The notes below the pieces were generated by a model, which worked only from the letters and a program-made list of their open reading frames with translations, did not search any database and was not told the DNA's origin. 64,000 nt of DNA from Sideroxyarcus sp. (GTDB lineage: Bacteria > Pseudomonadota > Gammaproteobacteria > Burkholderiales > Gallionellaceae). The stretch lies in assembly GCA_030652215.1 (NCBI GenBank), contig JAUSBC010000014.1, positions 754 to 64,753 of the forward strand, read 5' to 3'. Shown one piece after another: positions 24,225 to 36,764 of the stretch (positions are counted from its first letter, which is position 1; each line of letters begins with the position of its first letter). The position numbers and the translations under genes are program-made.

Positions 24225-26396
24225 TCAATTTACCCGTTTCAGCACGATTCCGGCCAAAGGGGGCAATGTCAGTTCCAAAGATTGCAGTTCGCCGTTCCAG
24301 CCGGTATCCGAGGTATCCAGCCCCAGTCCGTTGCCCATGTTGGACCCGCCGTAGAAATGCGAATCGCTGTTGAATATCTCGCGGTAACAGCCCTTTTCCC
24401 GTACCCCGACGCGATAGCCGGTGCGGGGAACCGGTGTGAAATTGAGCACCACCACCACGCAGGAACCGTCACGCGCGTACCGGCGGAAGCTCAGCACCGA
24501 CTGGTCGACGTTGTTGCAGTCCAGCCATTCGAAACCCTCGGGCGAAAAATCCTGCTCGTGCAGGGCGGGCACCTCGGCATACAGACGGTTGAGATCGCGC
24601 AATGCGGCCTGCACCCCGCTATGCTCGCGGCGCCCGAGCAGATGCCAATCCAGCTCCGAACCGACTTTCCACTCGTACCCTTGGGCGAATTCGTTGCCCA
24701 TGAAGTTGAGCTTCTTGCCCGGATAGGTCATCTGATAGGTGAACAGCAGACGCAAGTTGGCAAACTTCTGCCAGGGATCGCCCGGCATCTTGTCCAGCAG
24801 CGATTTTTTTCCGTGCACCACTTCGTCGTGCGAAAACGGCACCATGAAGTTTTCGGTGTAGTTGTAGAGTTGGCCGAAAGTCAGTTTGTTGTGGTGATAG
24901 CGGCGGTGCACCGGATCGTGCTCGATGTATTCGAGCGTGTCGTTCATCCAACCCATGTTCCACTTCATGGAGAATCCCAGTCCACCCAGATAGGTGGGGC
25001 GCGACACCATGGGCCAGGAAGTCGATTCCTCGGCCAGTGTCAGGGTTCCGGGGAAACGCTCGTGGGTCATCACATTGAGTTCGCGGAAAAAATCCACCGC
25101 CTCGATGTTCTCGCGGCCGCCGTATTTGTTCGGCAGCCATTGGCCCGCCTGACGCGAATAATCCAGGTACAGCATGGAGGCCACCGCATCCACCCGCAAT
25201 CCGTCGATATGGAACTCGCTCAGCCAGTAGTGCGCGTTGGCCATCAGGAAATTGCGCACTTCGTTGCGGCCGTAATTGAAAATCAGCGTGCCCCAATCCT
25301 GGTGTTCGCCCAGTCTCGGATCTTCATGTTCATACAGCGACGTCCCGTCGAAACGCGCCAGGGCGAAGGCATCCTTGGGGAAGTGCGCGGGCACCCAGTC
25401 GAGGATGACGCCGATGCCGACGACGTGGCAGGCATCCACGAAATACCTGAAATCGTCGGGTGTGCCGTAGCGGCTGGTCACGCCGAAATAGCCCGTGGTC
25501 TGGTAACCCCAGGATTCGTCCAGCGGATGCTCGCTGACCGGCATCAGTTCGATATGCGTAAAGCCCATCTCCTGCACATAGGGCACGAGACTGTCCGCCA
25601 GTTCGCGGAAATTGTAGAAACGCCCGTCCCAATGCCGCTTCCACGAACCGGCATGCACTTCGTACACGTTCAAAGCCGCATGTATCCAGTCGCGGCGCGC
25701 GCGTTCTTCCTGCCATGCCGAATCGCGCCACTGATATCCGTCCAGTTCGACTACTCTGGATGCCGTGCCCGGGCGCAACTCGAAACTCAGACCATAGGGA
25801 TCGGTCTTGACGAATATCTGGCCGGAACTGCGATTGCGTATCTCGTATTTATAGAATTCGCCCAAACCGATGTCGGGCACAAAAATCTCCCACACGCCGG
25901 TGCTGCCCAGCACGCGCATGGGATTGATACGCCCGTCCCAGCCGTTGAAATCGCCCACCACGCTGACGCGCTCGGCATTCGGCGCCCAGACCGCAAAGCG
26001 CACGCCCCACACGCCTTCGCACTCCATGTGGTGCGCGCCGAGCATGCGGTAGGCCTGCTCCAGGCGGCCTTCGGAGAAAAGGTGAAGATCGTGTTCGCTG
26101 ATGCTGCTGCCGAAGCTGTAGGCATCGTGCACTTCGATATCGTGATTGAAGAAACTCAGTTTCAGGCGACAAGGGGCGGGCGGGGCTTTTTTGCCCTGCC
26201 ACTGGTAAAAACCGCCGGTATTGTCGCGCTCCAGCGCACGCCACTCATCCCCGTCATGAACGGAAACCTGTGTTGCATGAGGCTGAAAGACCCGCAAAGT
26301 CCAGCCGGACTTGCTTTGATGCAAGCCCAGATATGAAAAAGGGTCGTGATGGCGCGCGTCTAGAATGGAGCGCTTGTTCTGTAGATCACTTGGCAT
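24225..26396 (-). CDS. glgB: 1,4-alpha-glucan branching enzyme
   Basis: [29 protein letters not shown]; AAGGAG RBS before ATG at 26396. Confidence 0.96.
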   Translation of the reverse strand: MPSDLQNKRSILDARHHDPFSYLGLHQSKSGWTLRVFQPHATQVSVHDGDEWRALERDNTGGFYQWQGKKAPPAPCRLKLSFFNHDIEVHDAYSFGSSISEHDLHLFSEGRLEQAYRMLGAHHMECEGVWGVRFAVWAPNAERVSVVGDFNGWDGRINPMRVLGSTGVWEIFVPDIGLGEFYKYEIRNRSSGQIFVKTDPYGLSFELRPGTASRVVELDGYQWRDSAWQEERARRDWIHAALNVYEVHAGSWKRHWDGRFYNFRELADSLVPYVQEMGFTHIELMPVSEHPLDESWGYQTTGYFGVTSRYGTPDDFRYFVDACHVVGIGVILDWVPAHFPKDAFALARFDGTSLYEHEDPRLGEHQDWGTLIFNYGRNEVRNFLMANAHYWLSEFHIDGLRVDAVASMLYLDYSRQAGQWLPNKYGGRENIEAVDFFRELNVMTHERFPGTLTLAEESTSWPMVSRPTYLGGLGFSMKWNMGWMNDTLEYIEHDPVHRRYHHNKLTFGQLYNYTENFMVPFSHDEVVHGKKSLLDKMPGDPWQKFANLRLLFTYQMTYPGKKLNFMGNEFAQGYEWKVGSELDWHLLGRREHSGVQAALRDLNRLYAEVPALHEQDFSPEGFEWLDCNNVDQSVLSFRRYARDGSCVVVVLNFTPVPRTGYRVGVREKGCYREIFNSDSHFYGGSNMGNGLGLDTSDTGWNGELQSLELTLPPLAGIVLKRVN

Positions 26397-26533
26397 CTCT
26401 TGGCTCCTTGGCCCCAATATAGCCGTTTAGCCCGGCCGGGGCAATTCAAAAAGAAATAATGAGCGTCTGCAACAAAGAATTCACTTAATGCCTGTAAGGC
26501 ATTAAGAGCTTACCGGAAAAAACTGGTGTAGTC

Positions 26534-26618
26534 TGGTGCGAAAGACAGGACTCGAACCTGCACGCCTTGCGGCGCTGGAACCTAAATCCAGTGCGTCTAC
26601 CAATTCCGCCACTTTCGC
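26534..26618 (-). tRNA. tRNA-Leu(TAG)
   Basis: 85 nt, GCGAAAGTGGCGGAATTGGTAGACGC...TTTAGGT..., long variable arm, CCA end. Confidence 0.96.
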
Positions 26619-26644
26619 GCTTGGAGTCATGACAAGACTCCAGA

Positions 26645-26658
26645 GGGCGCGCATTATA
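26645..26658 (-). promoter_or_regulatory. -10 box plus GC-rich discriminator of the tRNA-Leu promoter
   Basis: Minus strand TATAAT-GCGCGCCC, typical of stringently controlled stable-RNA promoters. Confidence 0.6.
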
Positions 26659-26670
26659 ACCGAGCGGATT

Positions 26671-27666
26671 CTAGTTCGGCGCGAATTCCACAACCGAGCG
26701 CCCGTGCGAGCCGTTGGCGATCAGCTTTGCGCAGACGTCCGACAGGTCGTCCAAGGTGATGCGATGGGCGATCTGCCCGATTTGTTCGATGCGCAAATCG
26801 CCGGCCAGGCGCTGCCACATCTGCCTGCGCAAGGGCATCGCCGTGGCGGCCGAATCCACGCCGAGCAATTTGACGCCGCGCAGGATGAATGGAAAAACCG
26901 AAGTGTGCAGTTCCAGACCGCCCGCGTTGCCAAAACTGGCAATCGCCCCGTTCTGTTGCATGGTGCGGGTCAGCCAGGCCAGCGTGTCCCCGCCGACGGC
27001 ATCCAGTGCGCCTGCCCACAATTCTCTTTCCAAAGGACGTTTGCTGCCGAAGTCGACCTCGCTGCGCAACAAGACTTCGCTTGCGCCCAGCGCAAGCAGA
27101 TAATCCTTTTCGCTTGCCTTGCCGGTCAGCGCGACAACCCGGTAGCCGAGCCGTGACAGCATGCGCACGGCCAGACTGCCCACCCCGCCACTTGCTCCGG
27201 TGACGATCACTTTGCCATTGTCCGGCGCAAGTTCGTTCTGTTCCAGACGATGGATAGCCAGCGCCGCGGTGAATCCGGCCGTACCCAGCGCCATCGCCTC
27301 GAACAGCGAAAGCCCGGCCGGCAGCGGCACAACCCAATCCGCCGGCGCGCGCACGTATTCCGCAAAGCCGCCGTCATGCGCGACGCCCATGTGATAGCCG
27401 GTCACCAGCACCTGATCGCCCGCCTTGTAGCGCGCATCCGTTGAAGACTCGACCACACCGGAAACATCCACGCCGCCCACGCAGGGAAAACGGCGTATGA
27501 CTTTGCCGGCGCCGGTCGCAGCCAGCGCATCCTTGTAATTGACGCCCGAGAAATGCGCGCGTATGACCACCTCGCCGGGATCGAGATCGTCAAGAGACAA
27601 CTCGACGAGGCGACCGCCGGACTTGCCGTCCTCGTCGAAAATCCGGAAGGCGCGGAAGGTCTTCAT
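26671..27666 (-). CDS. YhdH/AcuI-family NADPH oxidoreductase (MDR superfamily)
   Basis: NYKDALA, GTAGFTA, TGASGGVGS, PFILRGV.LLGVDS. Confidence 0.9.
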   Translation of the reverse strand: MKTFRAFRIFDEDGKSGGRLVELSLDDLDPGEVVIRAHFSGVNYKDALAATGAGKVIRRFPCVGGVDVSGVVESSTDARYKAGDQVLVTGYHMGVAHDGGFAEYVRAPADWVVPLPAGLSLFEAMALGTAGFTAALAIHRLEQNELAPDNGKVIVTGASGGVGSLAVRMLSRLGYRVVALTGKASEKDYLLALGASEVLLRSEVDFGSKRPLERELWAGALDAVGGDTLAWLTRTMQQNGAIASFGNAGGLELHTSVFPFILRGVKLLGVDSAATAMPLRRQMWQRLAGDLRIEQIGQIAHRITLDDLSDVCAKLIANGSHGRSVVEFAPN

Positions 27667-28875
27667 TTACAGATCCAGCAGCACGCGTGCCGGGAATTCT
27701 TCCAGCACTTCCTTGATCGTGACGAGGAACTGCACTGCTTCGCGGCCGTCGATGATGCGGTGATCGTAGGATAGCGCGAGGTAGTTCATCGGACGGATCA
27801 CGATCTGGCCGTTCTCCGCCACCGGCCTGTCCTTGGTGGCATGGATACCCAGAATGGCGCTTTGTGGCGGGTTGATGATGGGCGTGGAAAGCATGGAACC
27901 GAACACGCCGCCGTTGGTGATGGAGAACGTGCCGCCGGTCAATTCTTCCATGGTGATCTTGCCGACCTTGGCGCGCGCGGCGTATTCCGCGATGCTTTTC
28001 TCGATTTCAGCAATGGACATCTTGTCCGCATCGCGCAGGATGGGCACCACCAGGCCGCGCTCGCTGCCGATGGCCATGCCGATGTCGAAGAAGCCGTGAT
28101 AGATGATGTCGTTGCCGTCCACCGAGGCGTTGACGATGGGGAACTTCTGCAGCGCGATCACGACCGCCTTGACGAAGAACGAGGAGAAGCCGAGCTTTAC
28201 GCCGTGTTTCTTCTCGAAGGCTTCCTTGTATTTGTTGCGCAGCTCGATCACCGGCTGCATGTTCACTTCGTTGAACGTGGTCAGGATCGCGGAATTCTGT
28301 TGCGATTGCAGCAGGCGTTCGGCGATGCGCTGGCGGATACGTGTCATCGGCACGCGCTGTTCGGGACGGTCGCCCGCCGGTGCGGCAACTGCGGGCGCTC
28401 TTCCGGCTGCGGGTTGCTGCACGGCACCCAGCACGTCTTCCTTGGTCACCAGTCCGCCGCGGCCGCTGCCCTGCAGGCTGGCGGCATCCACGTCATGCGC
28501 ATGCGCCAGTTTGCGGGCGGATGGCGAAACGGCTGCGGGCTGCGCAGATGCCGCCGGAGCGCTGACCGCCGCCGCAACGGGTGCAGCAGCTACGGGCGCT
28601 GCCGCAGGAACTGGAGCAGCAGCTTGTGCGACAGCAGTCGTGTCGATCTGGGCGATGACTTCGCCGCTGCCGACCTTTGCGCCGTCCGCCTTGATGATCT
28701 TGACCAGCACACCGCTCTTGATCGCCGGCAACTCCAGCACGACCTTGTCGGTTTCGATGTCGATCAGGTTTTCGCCTTCCTTCACGGCCTGCCCGACTTG
28801 TTTATGCCAGGTCAGCAAGGAAGCTTCGGATACCGATTCGGAAAGCTGCGGGACTTTGACTTCAATGATGCTCAT
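27667..28875 (-). CDS. sucB: 2-oxoglutarate dehydrogenase E2
   Basis: Lipoyl motif ETDKV, E3-binding GSGRGG, DHRIIDG. Confidence 0.97.
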   Translation of the reverse strand: MSIIEVKVPQLSESVSEASLLTWHKQVGQAVKEGENLIDIETDKVVLELPAIKSGVLVKIIKADGAKVGSGEVIAQIDTTAVAQAAAPVPAAAPVAAAPVAAAVSAPAASAQPAAVSPSARKLAHAHDVDAASLQGSGRGGLVTKEDVLGAVQQPAAGRAPAVAAPAGDRPEQRVPMTRIRQRIAERLLQSQQNSAILTTFNEVNMQPVIELRNKYKEAFEKKHGVKLGFSSFFVKAVVIALQKFPIVNASVDGNDIIYHGFFDIGMAIGSERGLVVPILRDADKMSIAEIEKSIAEYAARAKVGKITMEELTGGTFSITNGGVFGSMLSTPIINPPQSAILGIHATKDRPVAENGQIVIRPMNYLALSYDHRIIDGREAVQFLVTIKEVLEEFPARVLLDL

Positions 28876-31720
28876 GGTGTGCTCCTGGTTTGTTCTTGAC
28901 ATCAATATCGGGGCGGAAAGCGGCTTCGATCACCGCTTTCTGCTGCTCGTTGTGCGTTGCCAGATACCCCGCCGCGGGCGAAGCCGACGATGAGCGCAAA
29001 GCATAACCAAGACGCATGTCCTTGCGCATATGACGCAGCAGGTAATGCTGGATGCGATGCCATGCCCCCTGGTTGCCCGGCTCTTCCTGGCACCACATCA
29101 GTTCGGTGGCGTTCGGGTAGGCCGCGATCTGTGCGGCAAATTCGTCGTGCGGGAAAGGATAAAGCTGCTCCAGCCGGATGACGGGCGTGTTCTCCAGGCC
29201 TTTTTCGCGGCGATGCTTGAGGAGATCGAAATAGACTTTGCCGCTGCATACGATAATGCGTTTGGCTTTCGCGGCGGTCATCGCCTCGACTTCCGGAATC
29301 ACTGTCTGGAACGAACCTTCCTCGAACAATTGCAGCGGGGAAGCAGCGTCCTTGCTGCGCAACAGACTCTTGGGCGTAAATACGACGAGCGGCTTGCGGT
29401 AGGGACGCAGCATCTGGCGGCGCAGCAGATGGAATATCTGCGCGGACGTGGTCGGCACGCACACCTGAATGTTGTAGTCTGCACACAGTTGCAAATAGCG
29501 CTCGATACGGCCCGAAGAGTGTTCCGGACCCTGCCCTTCGTAGCCGTGCGGCAGCAGCATGGTCAGGCCGCACAGCCTGCCCCACTTGGCTTCGCCGGAG
29601 GTGATGAACTGGTCGATGACCACCTGCGCGCCGTTGACGAAATCGCCGAACTGGGCTTCCCACACGGTCAGCGTATTCGGCTCGGCCGTGGCATAACCGT
29701 ATTCGAATCCCAGCACGGCCTCTTCCGAGAGTATGGAATCGATCACGATGAAATCAGCCTGGTCCTGCGCAATGTTCTGCAGCGGAATAAAGATGCCCTT
29801 GTCCCACTGCTCGCGATTCTGGTCATGCAGCACCGCATGCCGATGGAAGAACGTGCCGCGACCGCTATCCTCGCCGGACAGACGCACCGGATAGCCCTGC
29901 GCCACCAGGCTGGCATAGGCGAGATTTTCGGCCATGCCCCAATCCAGCGGCAGCTCGCCGTTGCTCATTGCAATGCGGTCGGCAATGATCTTTTCCACGC
30001 GCGAATGCAGCTTGAAATTCTCCGGAATGGCGACCAGACGTTGCGCCAATTGCTTCAAGCGTTCCAGCGGCAGGCCGGTCGCGGCGGGCGTGCGCCACGG
30101 AATATTGCCCTTGAATTCGGACCAGCTCACGGTAAATTCAGGCTTGGACCCGGCCAGGACCGGCTGTATTGGATTATGCCCTTCGTCCATCGCGCGCCGG
30201 TAGGCGGCGACCATGGCATCCGGTTCATCCGCAGCCAGCACACCCTGCTCGACCAGGCGCTGGGCATACAACGCACGCGTCCCCGGGTGCTGGTTGACCT
30301 TGCGGTACATCAACGGCTGGGTGACCAGCGGTTCGTCCTGCTCGTTGTGGCCCAGCTTGCGGAAGCACACCAGGTCCACCACCACATCCTTGCCGAAGTG
30401 CATGCGATAGTCGATTGCGATCTCGGTGATCAGCAGCACCGCTTCGGGATCGTCCGCGTTCACGTGGAAGATGGGTGCATCGACCATCTTCGCCACGTCG
30501 GTGCAATACAGCGACGAGCGCATGTCGCGCGGGTCGGACGTGGTAAAGCCGATCTGGTTGTTAACGACAATATGTACCGTGCCGCCGGTACCATAGCCGC
30601 GCGTTTGCGACAGGTTAAAGGTCTCCTGATTCACGCCCTGCCCGCCGAAGGCCGAGTCGCCGTGCAACAGGATGGGCAGCACCTGTTTGCCTTTGACATC
30701 GTGGCGGCGGTGCTGCCGTGCGCGCACCGAGCCTTCCACTACCGGATTGACGATCTCCAGATGCGAGGGATTGAACGCCAGCGTGAGGTGCATGGGACCG
30801 CCCGGCGTGGCAATATCCGACGAGAATCCCTGGTGGTATTTCACGTCGCCGGCGGACAGGTGTTCGGTATGGATGCCCTCGAATTCCGCAAACAAGTCCC
30901 TGGGCAGCTTGCCCAGCGTGTTGATCAGCACATTCAAGCGGCCGCGGTGCGCCATGCCGATCACGGATTCTTTCACGCCCTGGGTGCCTGCACGCTGCAG
31001 CAGATGGTCAAGCATGGGAATCAGCGTGTCGCCGCCCTCGAGCGAGAAACGCTTCTGGCCGACGTACTTGGTATGCAGGTAGCGCTCCAGCCCTTCGGCC
31101 GCAGTCAGGCGTTCCATGACGCGTTTCTTGGTCTCGTTCGGGTACTGGATCTCGCCCGAGGGGCCTTCCAGACGCGCCTGTATCCAGCGTTTTTCGACAA
31201 CGCTGCTGATGTACATATACTCCGCACCGACGCTGCTGCAATAGATGCGGCGCAGGCGCTGGAGGATTTCCTGCAGGGTCATGCGCGCACCGCCCACCAG
31301 CGAACCGGTGAAGAAAGTATCGCCCATGTCTGCCTCGCCGAACCCGTAATAGGACGGGTTCAACTCGGCCACGTCCTGTGCGGGATGGCGCTTCAGCGGA
31401 TCGAGTTCGGCGATGCGCACGCCGAGAAAACGGTAGGCATTGATGAGTTGCAGCACCGAAGCCTGCTTGCGCGTTTCGTCCGCATGCTCCTCGGCCTGGC
31501 GTTTGTTCAGCTCCAGGAAGCCGCGCTGTATCGGGCTATGGGCCACATCGCGCCGGGCATTGGCCGCCTGCAAATTGTCGAAATAGGCGCGCCATTCGGC
31601 CGGAACTGAGGACGCATCCTGCAGATAGTCCTCGTACAGCCCCTCGACAAACACGTTGTTTCCGCCGGACAGCGGCGAAGTGCTACTCATCATCTGCAGA
31701 TAATTGTCAGGTGCATTCAT
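28862..31720 (-). CDS. sucA: 2-oxoglutarate dehydrogenase E1
   Basis: [36 protein letters not shown]. Confidence 0.97.
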   Translation of the reverse strand: MNAPDNYLQMMSSTSPLSGGNNVFVEGLYEDYLQDASSVPAEWRAYFDNLQAANARRDVAHSPIQRGFLELNKRQAEEHADETRKQASVLQLINAYRFLGVRIAELDPLKRHPAQDVAELNPSYYGFGEADMGDTFFTGSLVGGARMTLQEILQRLRRIYCSSVGAEYMYISSVVEKRWIQARLEGPSGEIQYPNETKKRVMERLTAAEGLERYLHTKYVGQKRFSLEGGDTLIPMLDHLLQRAGTQGVKESVIGMAHRGRLNVLINTLGKLPRDLFAEFEGIHTEHLSAGDVKYHQGFSSDIATPGGPMHLTLAFNPSHLEIVNPVVEGSVRARQHRRHDVKGKQVLPILLHGDSAFGGQGVNQETFNLSQTRGYGTGGTVHIVVNNQIGFTTSDPRDMRSSLYCTDVAKMVDAPIFHVNADDPEAVLLITEIAIDYRMHFGKDVVVDLVCFRKLGHNEQDEPLVTQPLMYRKVNQHPGTRALYAQRLVEQGVLAADEPDAMVAAYRRAMDEGHNPIQPVLAGSKPEFTVSWSEFKGNIPWRTPAATGLPLERLKQLAQRLVAIPENFKLHSRVEKIIADRIAMSNGELPLDWGMAENLAYASLVAQGYPVRLSGEDSGRGTFFHRHAVLHDQNREQWDKGIFIPLQNIAQDQADFIVIDSILSEEAVLGFEYGYATAEPNTLTVWEAQFGDFVNGAQVVIDQFITSGEAKWGRLCGLTMLLPHGYEGQGPEHSSGRIERYLQLCADYNIQVCVPTTSAQIFHLLRRQMLRPYRKPLVVFTPKSLLRSKDAASPLQLFEEGSFQTVIPEVEAMTAAKAKRIIVCSGKVYFDLLKHRREKGLENTPVIRLEQLYPFPHDEFAAQIAAYPNATELMWCQEEPGNQGAWHRIQHYLLRHMRKDMRLGYALRSSSASPAAGYLATHNEQQKAVIEAAFRPDIDVKNKPGAHHEHH

Positions 31721-31737
31721 GATCCACCTCGCGTTGC

Positions 31738-33024
31738 TTAGCGTTTGGCAACAGGCACGAAATCGCGCCGCACGGCACCTCGATACAACTGGCGCGGACG
31801 GCCGATCTTGTATTCGGAATCCGAGATCATTTCATTCCACTGCGACACCCAGCCGATGGTGCGGGCAACCGCGAATATCACCGTGAACATGTTGGACGGG
31901 ATACCCAGCGCGCGCAGCACGATGCCCGAGTAAAAGTCCACGTTCGGGTACAACTTGCGCTCGATGAAATACGGGTCGCTCAAAGCGGTTTTCTCCAGCA
32001 CCATTGCCAGTTCAAACAGACCGTCGTTCTCCAGCTTTTGTTCCTTCAGCACCTCGTAACAGGTCTGGCGCATCACGGAAGCGCGCGGGTCCATGTTCTT
32101 GTAGACGCGATGGCCGAAACCCATGAGTTTGTATTTCTTGTCCTTCACACCCTGCACGTATTCAGCTACGCGCGACACATCGCCGATCTCTTCCAGCATC
32201 TTCAGCGCGGCTTCGTTGGCTCCGCCGTGAGCCGGCCCCCACAGGGCCGCAATGCCGGAGGCGATACAGGCGAAGGGATTGGCGCCGCTCGATCCGGCCA
32301 GGCGCACGGTCGAGGTGGAAGCGTTCTGCTCGTGGTCTGCATGCAGAATCAGGATGCGCTCCAGCGCGCGCACCAGTACCGGATTGGGCACATAGTCGTC
32401 TGCCGGGGTGGCGAACATCATGTACATCAGGTTCTCGACGAAACCAAGCTTGTTCTTGGGGTACATGAAGGGCTCGCCGACGCTGTATTTGTGCGTCATC
32501 GCGGCAATGGTCGGCACCTTGGCCAGCAGGCGCTGTGCCGAAACGGTGCGGTGATGCGCGTCGGTGATATCCAGCGAATCGTGATAGAAGGCCGACAGCG
32601 CGCCCACCACACCGACCATCACCGCCATCGGGTGCGCGTCGCGGCGGAAGCCGTTGAAGAAACGAGCCAACTGGTCGTGCACCATGGTGTGATGCGTGAT
32701 GCTTTGGTTGAACTGGGCCCTCTGCTCCGCCGTCGGCAATTCGCCGTTCAGCAGCAGATAGCAGACTTCCAGAAAGTCGGACTTTTCGGCCAGTTGCTCG
32801 ATGGGGTAGCCTCGGTAGTAGAGCAAGCCCGCATCGCCGTCGATGAAGGTGATCTCGGAGGTACAACTTGAAGTGGAAAAGAAGGCTGGATCGTAAGTAA
32901 ACACGCCCAGTTTGCCCAGGGCGCGGATGTCGATCACATCGGGGCCGAGCGTACCGGAAAAGATCGGCAGTTCGATCGTGCGTCCGTCATCCAAAGTCAG
33001 TGTTGCGACACGTTTGCTTTCCAT
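31738..33024 (-). CDS. gltA: Citrate synthase (type II)
   Basis: [35 protein letters not shown]. Confidence 0.97.
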   Translation of the reverse strand: MESKRVATLTLDDGRTIELPIFSGTLGPDVIDIRALGKLGVFTYDPAFFSTSSCTSEITFIDGDAGLLYYRGYPIEQLAEKSDFLEVCYLLLNGELPTAEQRAQFNQSITHHTMVHDQLARFFNGFRRDAHPMAVMVGVVGALSAFYHDSLDITDAHHRTVSAQRLLAKVPTIAAMTHKYSVGEPFMYPKNKLGFVENLMYMMFATPADDYVPNPVLVRALERILILHADHEQNASTSTVRLAGSSGANPFACIASGIAALWGPAHGGANEAALKMLEEIGDVSRVAEYVQGVKDKKYKLMGFGHRVYKNMDPRASVMRQTCYEVLKEQKLENDGLFELAMVLEKTALSDPYFIERKLYPNVDFYSGIVLRALGIPSNMFTVIFAVARTIGWVSQWNEMISDSEYKIGRPRQLYRGAVRRDFVPVAKR

Positions 33025-33041
33025 TTTCAACCTCGTTTCGT

Positions 33042-33326
33042 TCAAACTTCTTTTAACCAACCCAACACGACGCTGTGATGCGCCTGTGTCGGCTCCTTTT
33101 TCCCCGTAATTACATCCCAGAGTTCTGTGTCCGGGAGGTCCAGCAATTCATCAAAAATTACCCGTTGGGCGTTAGTCATCAACGGGTATCTTTGATCGAT
33201 AAAACGGCGTAATACAATATCGAGTTCCAGCAGGCCGCGCCTGCAACGCCAGCGCACGCGCTCCAACGCCACTGGATCGAGAACCGATGAATCGGGATCC
33301 GAAATGGCCGATTCCTGCTTCGTCAT
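33042..33326 (-). CDS. sdhE: Succinate dehydrogenase assembly factor (SdhE/Sdh5)
   Basis: [12 protein letters not shown] motif; start overlaps the sdhB stop. Confidence 0.9.
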   Translation of the reverse strand: MTKQESAISDPDSSVLDPVALERVRWRCRRGLLELDIVLRRFIDQRYPLMTNAQRVIFDELLDLPDTELWDVITGKKEPTQAHHSVVLGWLKEV

Positions 33327-34018
33327 ACCGTGCGCTTCACCATCATATCCTTGATCTTGCCGATGGCCTCGGTCGGGTTCAGCTCCTTGGGGCACACATC
33401 GACGCAATTCATGATGGTATGGCAACGGAACAGGCGGTACGGATCTTCCAGGTTGTCCAGACGCGCCGCCGTATCCTGGTCGCGCGTGTCGGCGATGAAG
33501 CGATAGGCCTGCAACAGGCCGGCCGGGCCGACGAATTTATCCGGATTCCACCAGAAAGAGGGGCATGCTGTCGAGCAGCAACCGCACAATATGCACTCGT
33601 ACAATCCATCCAGCTCCAGACGATCCTTCGGCGACTGCAGGCGCTCGGTTTCGGGCGGCGGATCGTTGTTCACCAGATACGGCTTGATCGAATGGTATTG
33701 CTTGAAGAACTGGGTCATATCTACGATCAGGTCGCGGATAACGGGCAATCCCGGCAGCGGACGCAATTCGATCGGCTGTTTGAGCGAGGACAGCGAAGTG
33801 ACGCAGGCCAGACCGTTACGCCCGTTGATATTCATTGCATCGGAACCGCACACGCCTTCGCGGCAGGACTTGCGAAAACCGATGCTATCGTCCTGCTGCC
33901 GCAGCAGCATCAGCGCATCCAGCAGCATGGCATCGCCTGCTTCCAGACTCAGCTCGAAATCCTGCATGTACGGCGCAGTATCGGTATCGGGGTTGTAACG
34001 GTAGATCCTGAATTTCAT
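33323..34018 (-). CDS. sdhB: Succinate dehydrogenase Fe-S subunit
   Basis: SCREGVCGSD, CILCGCCSTACP, CHTIMNCVDVCP. Confidence 0.97.
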   Translation of the reverse strand: MKFRIYRYNPDTDTAPYMQDFELSLEAGDAMLLDALMLLRQQDDSIGFRKSCREGVCGSDAMNINGRNGLACVTSLSSLKQPIELRPLPGLPVIRDLIVDMTQFFKQYHSIKPYLVNNDPPPETERLQSPKDRLELDGLYECILCGCCSTACPSFWWNPDKFVGPAGLLQAYRFIADTRDQDTAARLDNLEDPYRLFRCHTIMNCVDVCPKELNPTEAIGKIKDMMVKRTV

Positions 34019-34088
34019 CGTCTGACTCCTGGTACCTGCCGCCCGGCAACCGCATTCAGGTCGCCCGGCAGGAAGGCTAGTTGTTTTA

Positions 34089-35852
34089 TCAGTACACGCG
34101 CGCTTTGAGCGGGAACGACTCCACTGTCAGCGGCTTCAAGTGCACCGGTTTGTAATCGAGCCGGTATCCCTCGCTGTAATACAGTGAATGCTTCAGCCAG
34201 TTCTTGTCGTCGCGCTCGGGGAAGTCCTCGCGCGCATGCGCTCCGCGGCTTTCCTTGCGCGCCTCGGCAGCGGTCATGGTGGCTTGTGCGACCTCGATCA
34301 GATTGTCCAGCTCCAGCGCCTCAACGCGCGCCGTATTGAACACCTTGCTCTTGTCTGCGATCTCTGTATTGCGCACGCGTTCCGCCACTTCGCGAATTTT
34401 TGTCACGCCCTCGGCCATCAGGTCGGGGAAGCGGAATACGCCGCAATGCAACTGCATGGTTCTACGCATTGCATCGCCGACATCCGACACGCGCTCGCCG
34501 TTTTTCTGGTTTTCCAGCCGCGCCAGGCGCGCCAACGGACGATCTGCCGCATCGGCCGGCAAAGGTTTCGGATTCGGGTTGCTCTTCAGGTCTTCAATGA
34601 TCTGGCGTGCGGCCGCGCGGCCGAACACGATCAGGTCGAGCAGCGAGTTGCAGCCCAGGCGGTTGGAGCCGTGCACCGACACGCAGGCGCATTCGCCGAC
34701 TGCGTAGAAACCCTGCACCACGTCTTCCGGCGACGTACCGCGCGGCGCGACGACTTGTCCGCGATAGTTGGTAGGGATGCCACCCATCATGTAGTGCGCA
34801 GTCGGCACCACGGGAATGGGGGCTTTGGATGGATCGACGTGCGCAAACTTGATGGCGATGTCGCGGATACCGGGCAGACGGTGACGGATCACTTCGTCGC
34901 CCAGGTGATCGAGCTTAAGCAGCACGTGGTCGGCTTGAGGGCCGCAGCCGCGACCTTCCTTGATCTCGGTAGCCATGGCACGCGACACCACGTCGCGGCT
35001 GGCCAGATCTTTTGCTGTCGGCGCATAACGCGGCATGAAACGCTCGCCGTCCTTGTTCACCAGATAGCCGCCCTCGCCGCGCACGCCCTCGGTAATCAAC
35101 ACGCCCGCGCCGTGCACACCGGTCGGATGGAACTGAAAGAATTCCATGTCTTCTAATGGAATACCTGCTCGCGCCGCCATCCCGAGTCCGTCGCCGGTAT
35201 TGATGAAGGCATTGGTACTTGCCGAGAAGATACGGCCCGCACCGCCTGTTGCAAACAGCGTGGCGCGCGCCTGCAGGATCATGACTTCGCTAGTTTCGAT
35301 CTCCATCGCCACCACGCCCAGTACGTCGCCGTCCTGGTCGCGGATCAGGTCGAGCGCCATCCATTCCACGAAGAAATTGGTGTTGGCCCGCACGTTCTGC
35401 TGGTACAGCGTATGCAACAGCGCATGGCCGGTACGGTCGGCTGCTGCACACGCGCGCGGCACCGGGTTTTTTCCGTATTCCTGCATATGCCCACCGAACG
35501 GACGCTGGTAGATTTTGCCGCTGTCCAGGCGGTCGAACGGCATGCCGAAGTGCTCCAGTTCGTACACCACCTCGGGTGCCGCACGGCACATGTATTCGAT
35601 GGCATCCTGGTCGCCCAGGTAGTCCGAACCTTTGACAGTGTCGTACATATGCCAGTGCCAGTTGTCTTCATTCACGTTGCCCAGCGAGGCGGCGATGCCG
35701 CCCTGCGCCGCGACGGTATGCGAACGCGTCGGGAATACTTTGGACAGGACAGCAACCTTGAGTCCGGCTTCGGACAAAGACAATGCCGCGCGCATGCCCG
35801 CACCGCCCGCACCCACCACCACCACATCGAATGTTCTTTTTGCCAATGCCAT
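34089..35852 (-). CDS. sdhA: Succinate dehydrogenase flavoprotein
   Basis: [16 protein letters not shown] (FAD His), HYMMGG; start MALAKR. Confidence 0.97.
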   Translation of the reverse strand: MALAKRTFDVVVVGAGGAGMRAALSLSEAGLKVAVLSKVFPTRSHTVAAQGGIAASLGNVNEDNWHWHMYDTVKGSDYLGDQDAIEYMCRAAPEVVYELEHFGMPFDRLDSGKIYQRPFGGHMQEYGKNPVPRACAAADRTGHALLHTLYQQNVRANTNFFVEWMALDLIRDQDGDVLGVVAMEIETSEVMILQARATLFATGGAGRIFSASTNAFINTGDGLGMAARAGIPLEDMEFFQFHPTGVHGAGVLITEGVRGEGGYLVNKDGERFMPRYAPTAKDLASRDVVSRAMATEIKEGRGCGPQADHVLLKLDHLGDEVIRHRLPGIRDIAIKFAHVDPSKAPIPVVPTAHYMMGGIPTNYRGQVVAPRGTSPEDVVQGFYAVGECACVSVHGSNRLGCNSLLDLIVFGRAAARQIIEDLKSNPNPKPLPADAADRPLARLARLENQKNGERVSDVGDAMRRTMQLHCGVFRFPDLMAEGVTKIREVAERVRNTEIADKSKVFNTARVEALELDNLIEVAQATMTAAEARKESRGAHAREDFPERDDKNWLKHSLYYSEGYRLDYKPVHLKPLTVESFPLKARVY

Positions 35853-36199
35853 CACAATCCCCACAGAATTTGCACTGACCAGATCACATACAGCACCAGC
35901 GCAAGAATGACCAACACATGAATCAACAGACGGATACTGGCCGGCTTCACATAGTCCATCACGATGTCTCGTACGCCGATCCACGCGTGATAGAACAGGG
36001 TAAGCAGAAACAGCAGAGAGAAAGTGCGCATGATGTTGCCGGAAAACAAACCGATCCAGGTGTCGTAACCGAAGGACGGCTGCAGCAGCAGATACACCAC
36101 GATAAACACCGCATACACGGCCATCACGACGGCAGTAAAGCGCTGCGCCAGCCAATCGCGCAGACCGTAATGCGCGCCGGTTACAATACGGTTCACCAT
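35852..36199 (-). CDS. sdhD: Succinate dehydrogenase membrane anchor
   Basis: [26 protein letters not shown]. Confidence 0.95.
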   Translation of the reverse strand: MVNRIVTGAHYGLRDWLAQRFTAVVMAVYAVFIVVYLLLQPSFGYDTWIGLFSGNIMRTFSLLFLLTLFYHAWIGVRDIVMDYVKPASIRLLIHVLVILALVLYVIWSVQILWGL

Positions 36200-36573
36200 A
36201 ATTTCACCCCAAACACGATAGTCAACGTCAGACTGACTGCCAGCACCCAGACGCTGCTGGAGCGTGCGGCCGCAAGCGTCGGAAGCAGATGCAGGTCAAT
36301 CGCCAGATAGCGCAGACCGGCACAGAAGTGATGCAGGAACGCCCACATCAACCCCAGCAGCATCAGTTTCAGCAAGGGGTTAGCGAGACACTCCGCCAGG
36401 TTGGTGTAGGTTTCGATGGAACGCAGGCTTTGATCGAACACCAGCAACAACACGGGTAGGGCCAGGAACAGAACAGCACCGCTGACGCGATGAAGGATAG
36501 AGACGTAACTTGGGAGGGGGAATTGGATCTTGTGAAGCGCGAGATGCTTGGGGCGTTTTTTAATCATGTCCAT
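36193..36573 (-). CDS. sdhC: Succinate dehydrogenase cytochrome b556 subunit
   Basis: [19 protein letters not shown]. Confidence 0.93.
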   Translation of the reverse strand: MDMIKKRPKHLALHKIQFPLPSYVSILHRVSGAVLFLALPVLLLVFDQSLRSIETYTNLAECLANPLLKLMLLGLMWAFLHHFCAGLRYLAIDLHLLPTLAAARSSSVWVLAVSLTLTIVFGVKLW

Positions 36574-36764
36574 TTTTCCGCAGCAAAAAATCGAATGGCG
36601 CAATCCTACACCTACGCCCAGACAGTGAAAAGCAAAAGGACTGCGGCACAAGGCGAATTTGGGCGCCCGGGACCAGAATTTATAATTCGGTGGTGAATAT
36701 TTAATAATTCGCACCCAATAACTGGATTTATAATTTGTTTTTCCAACACAACAACGAGGTCACC

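Noticed and set aside
28555-28640. Ala/Pro-rich repetitive stretch in sucB
   Set aside because: Normal flexible linker of E2 subunits.
13118-31609. Long plus-strand ORFs (889, 743, 740, 859 aa) opposite glgP, GH57, glgB and sucA
   Set aside because: Antisense shadows of well-supported minus-strand genes.
31721-31737. sucA RNA motif upstream of sucA
   Set aside because: The intergenic gap is only 17 nt, too short to hold it.
34019-34088. Hairpin and short direct repeat between sdhA and sdhB
   Set aside because: Weak single-copy structure; no evidence beyond a possible mRNA stability element.
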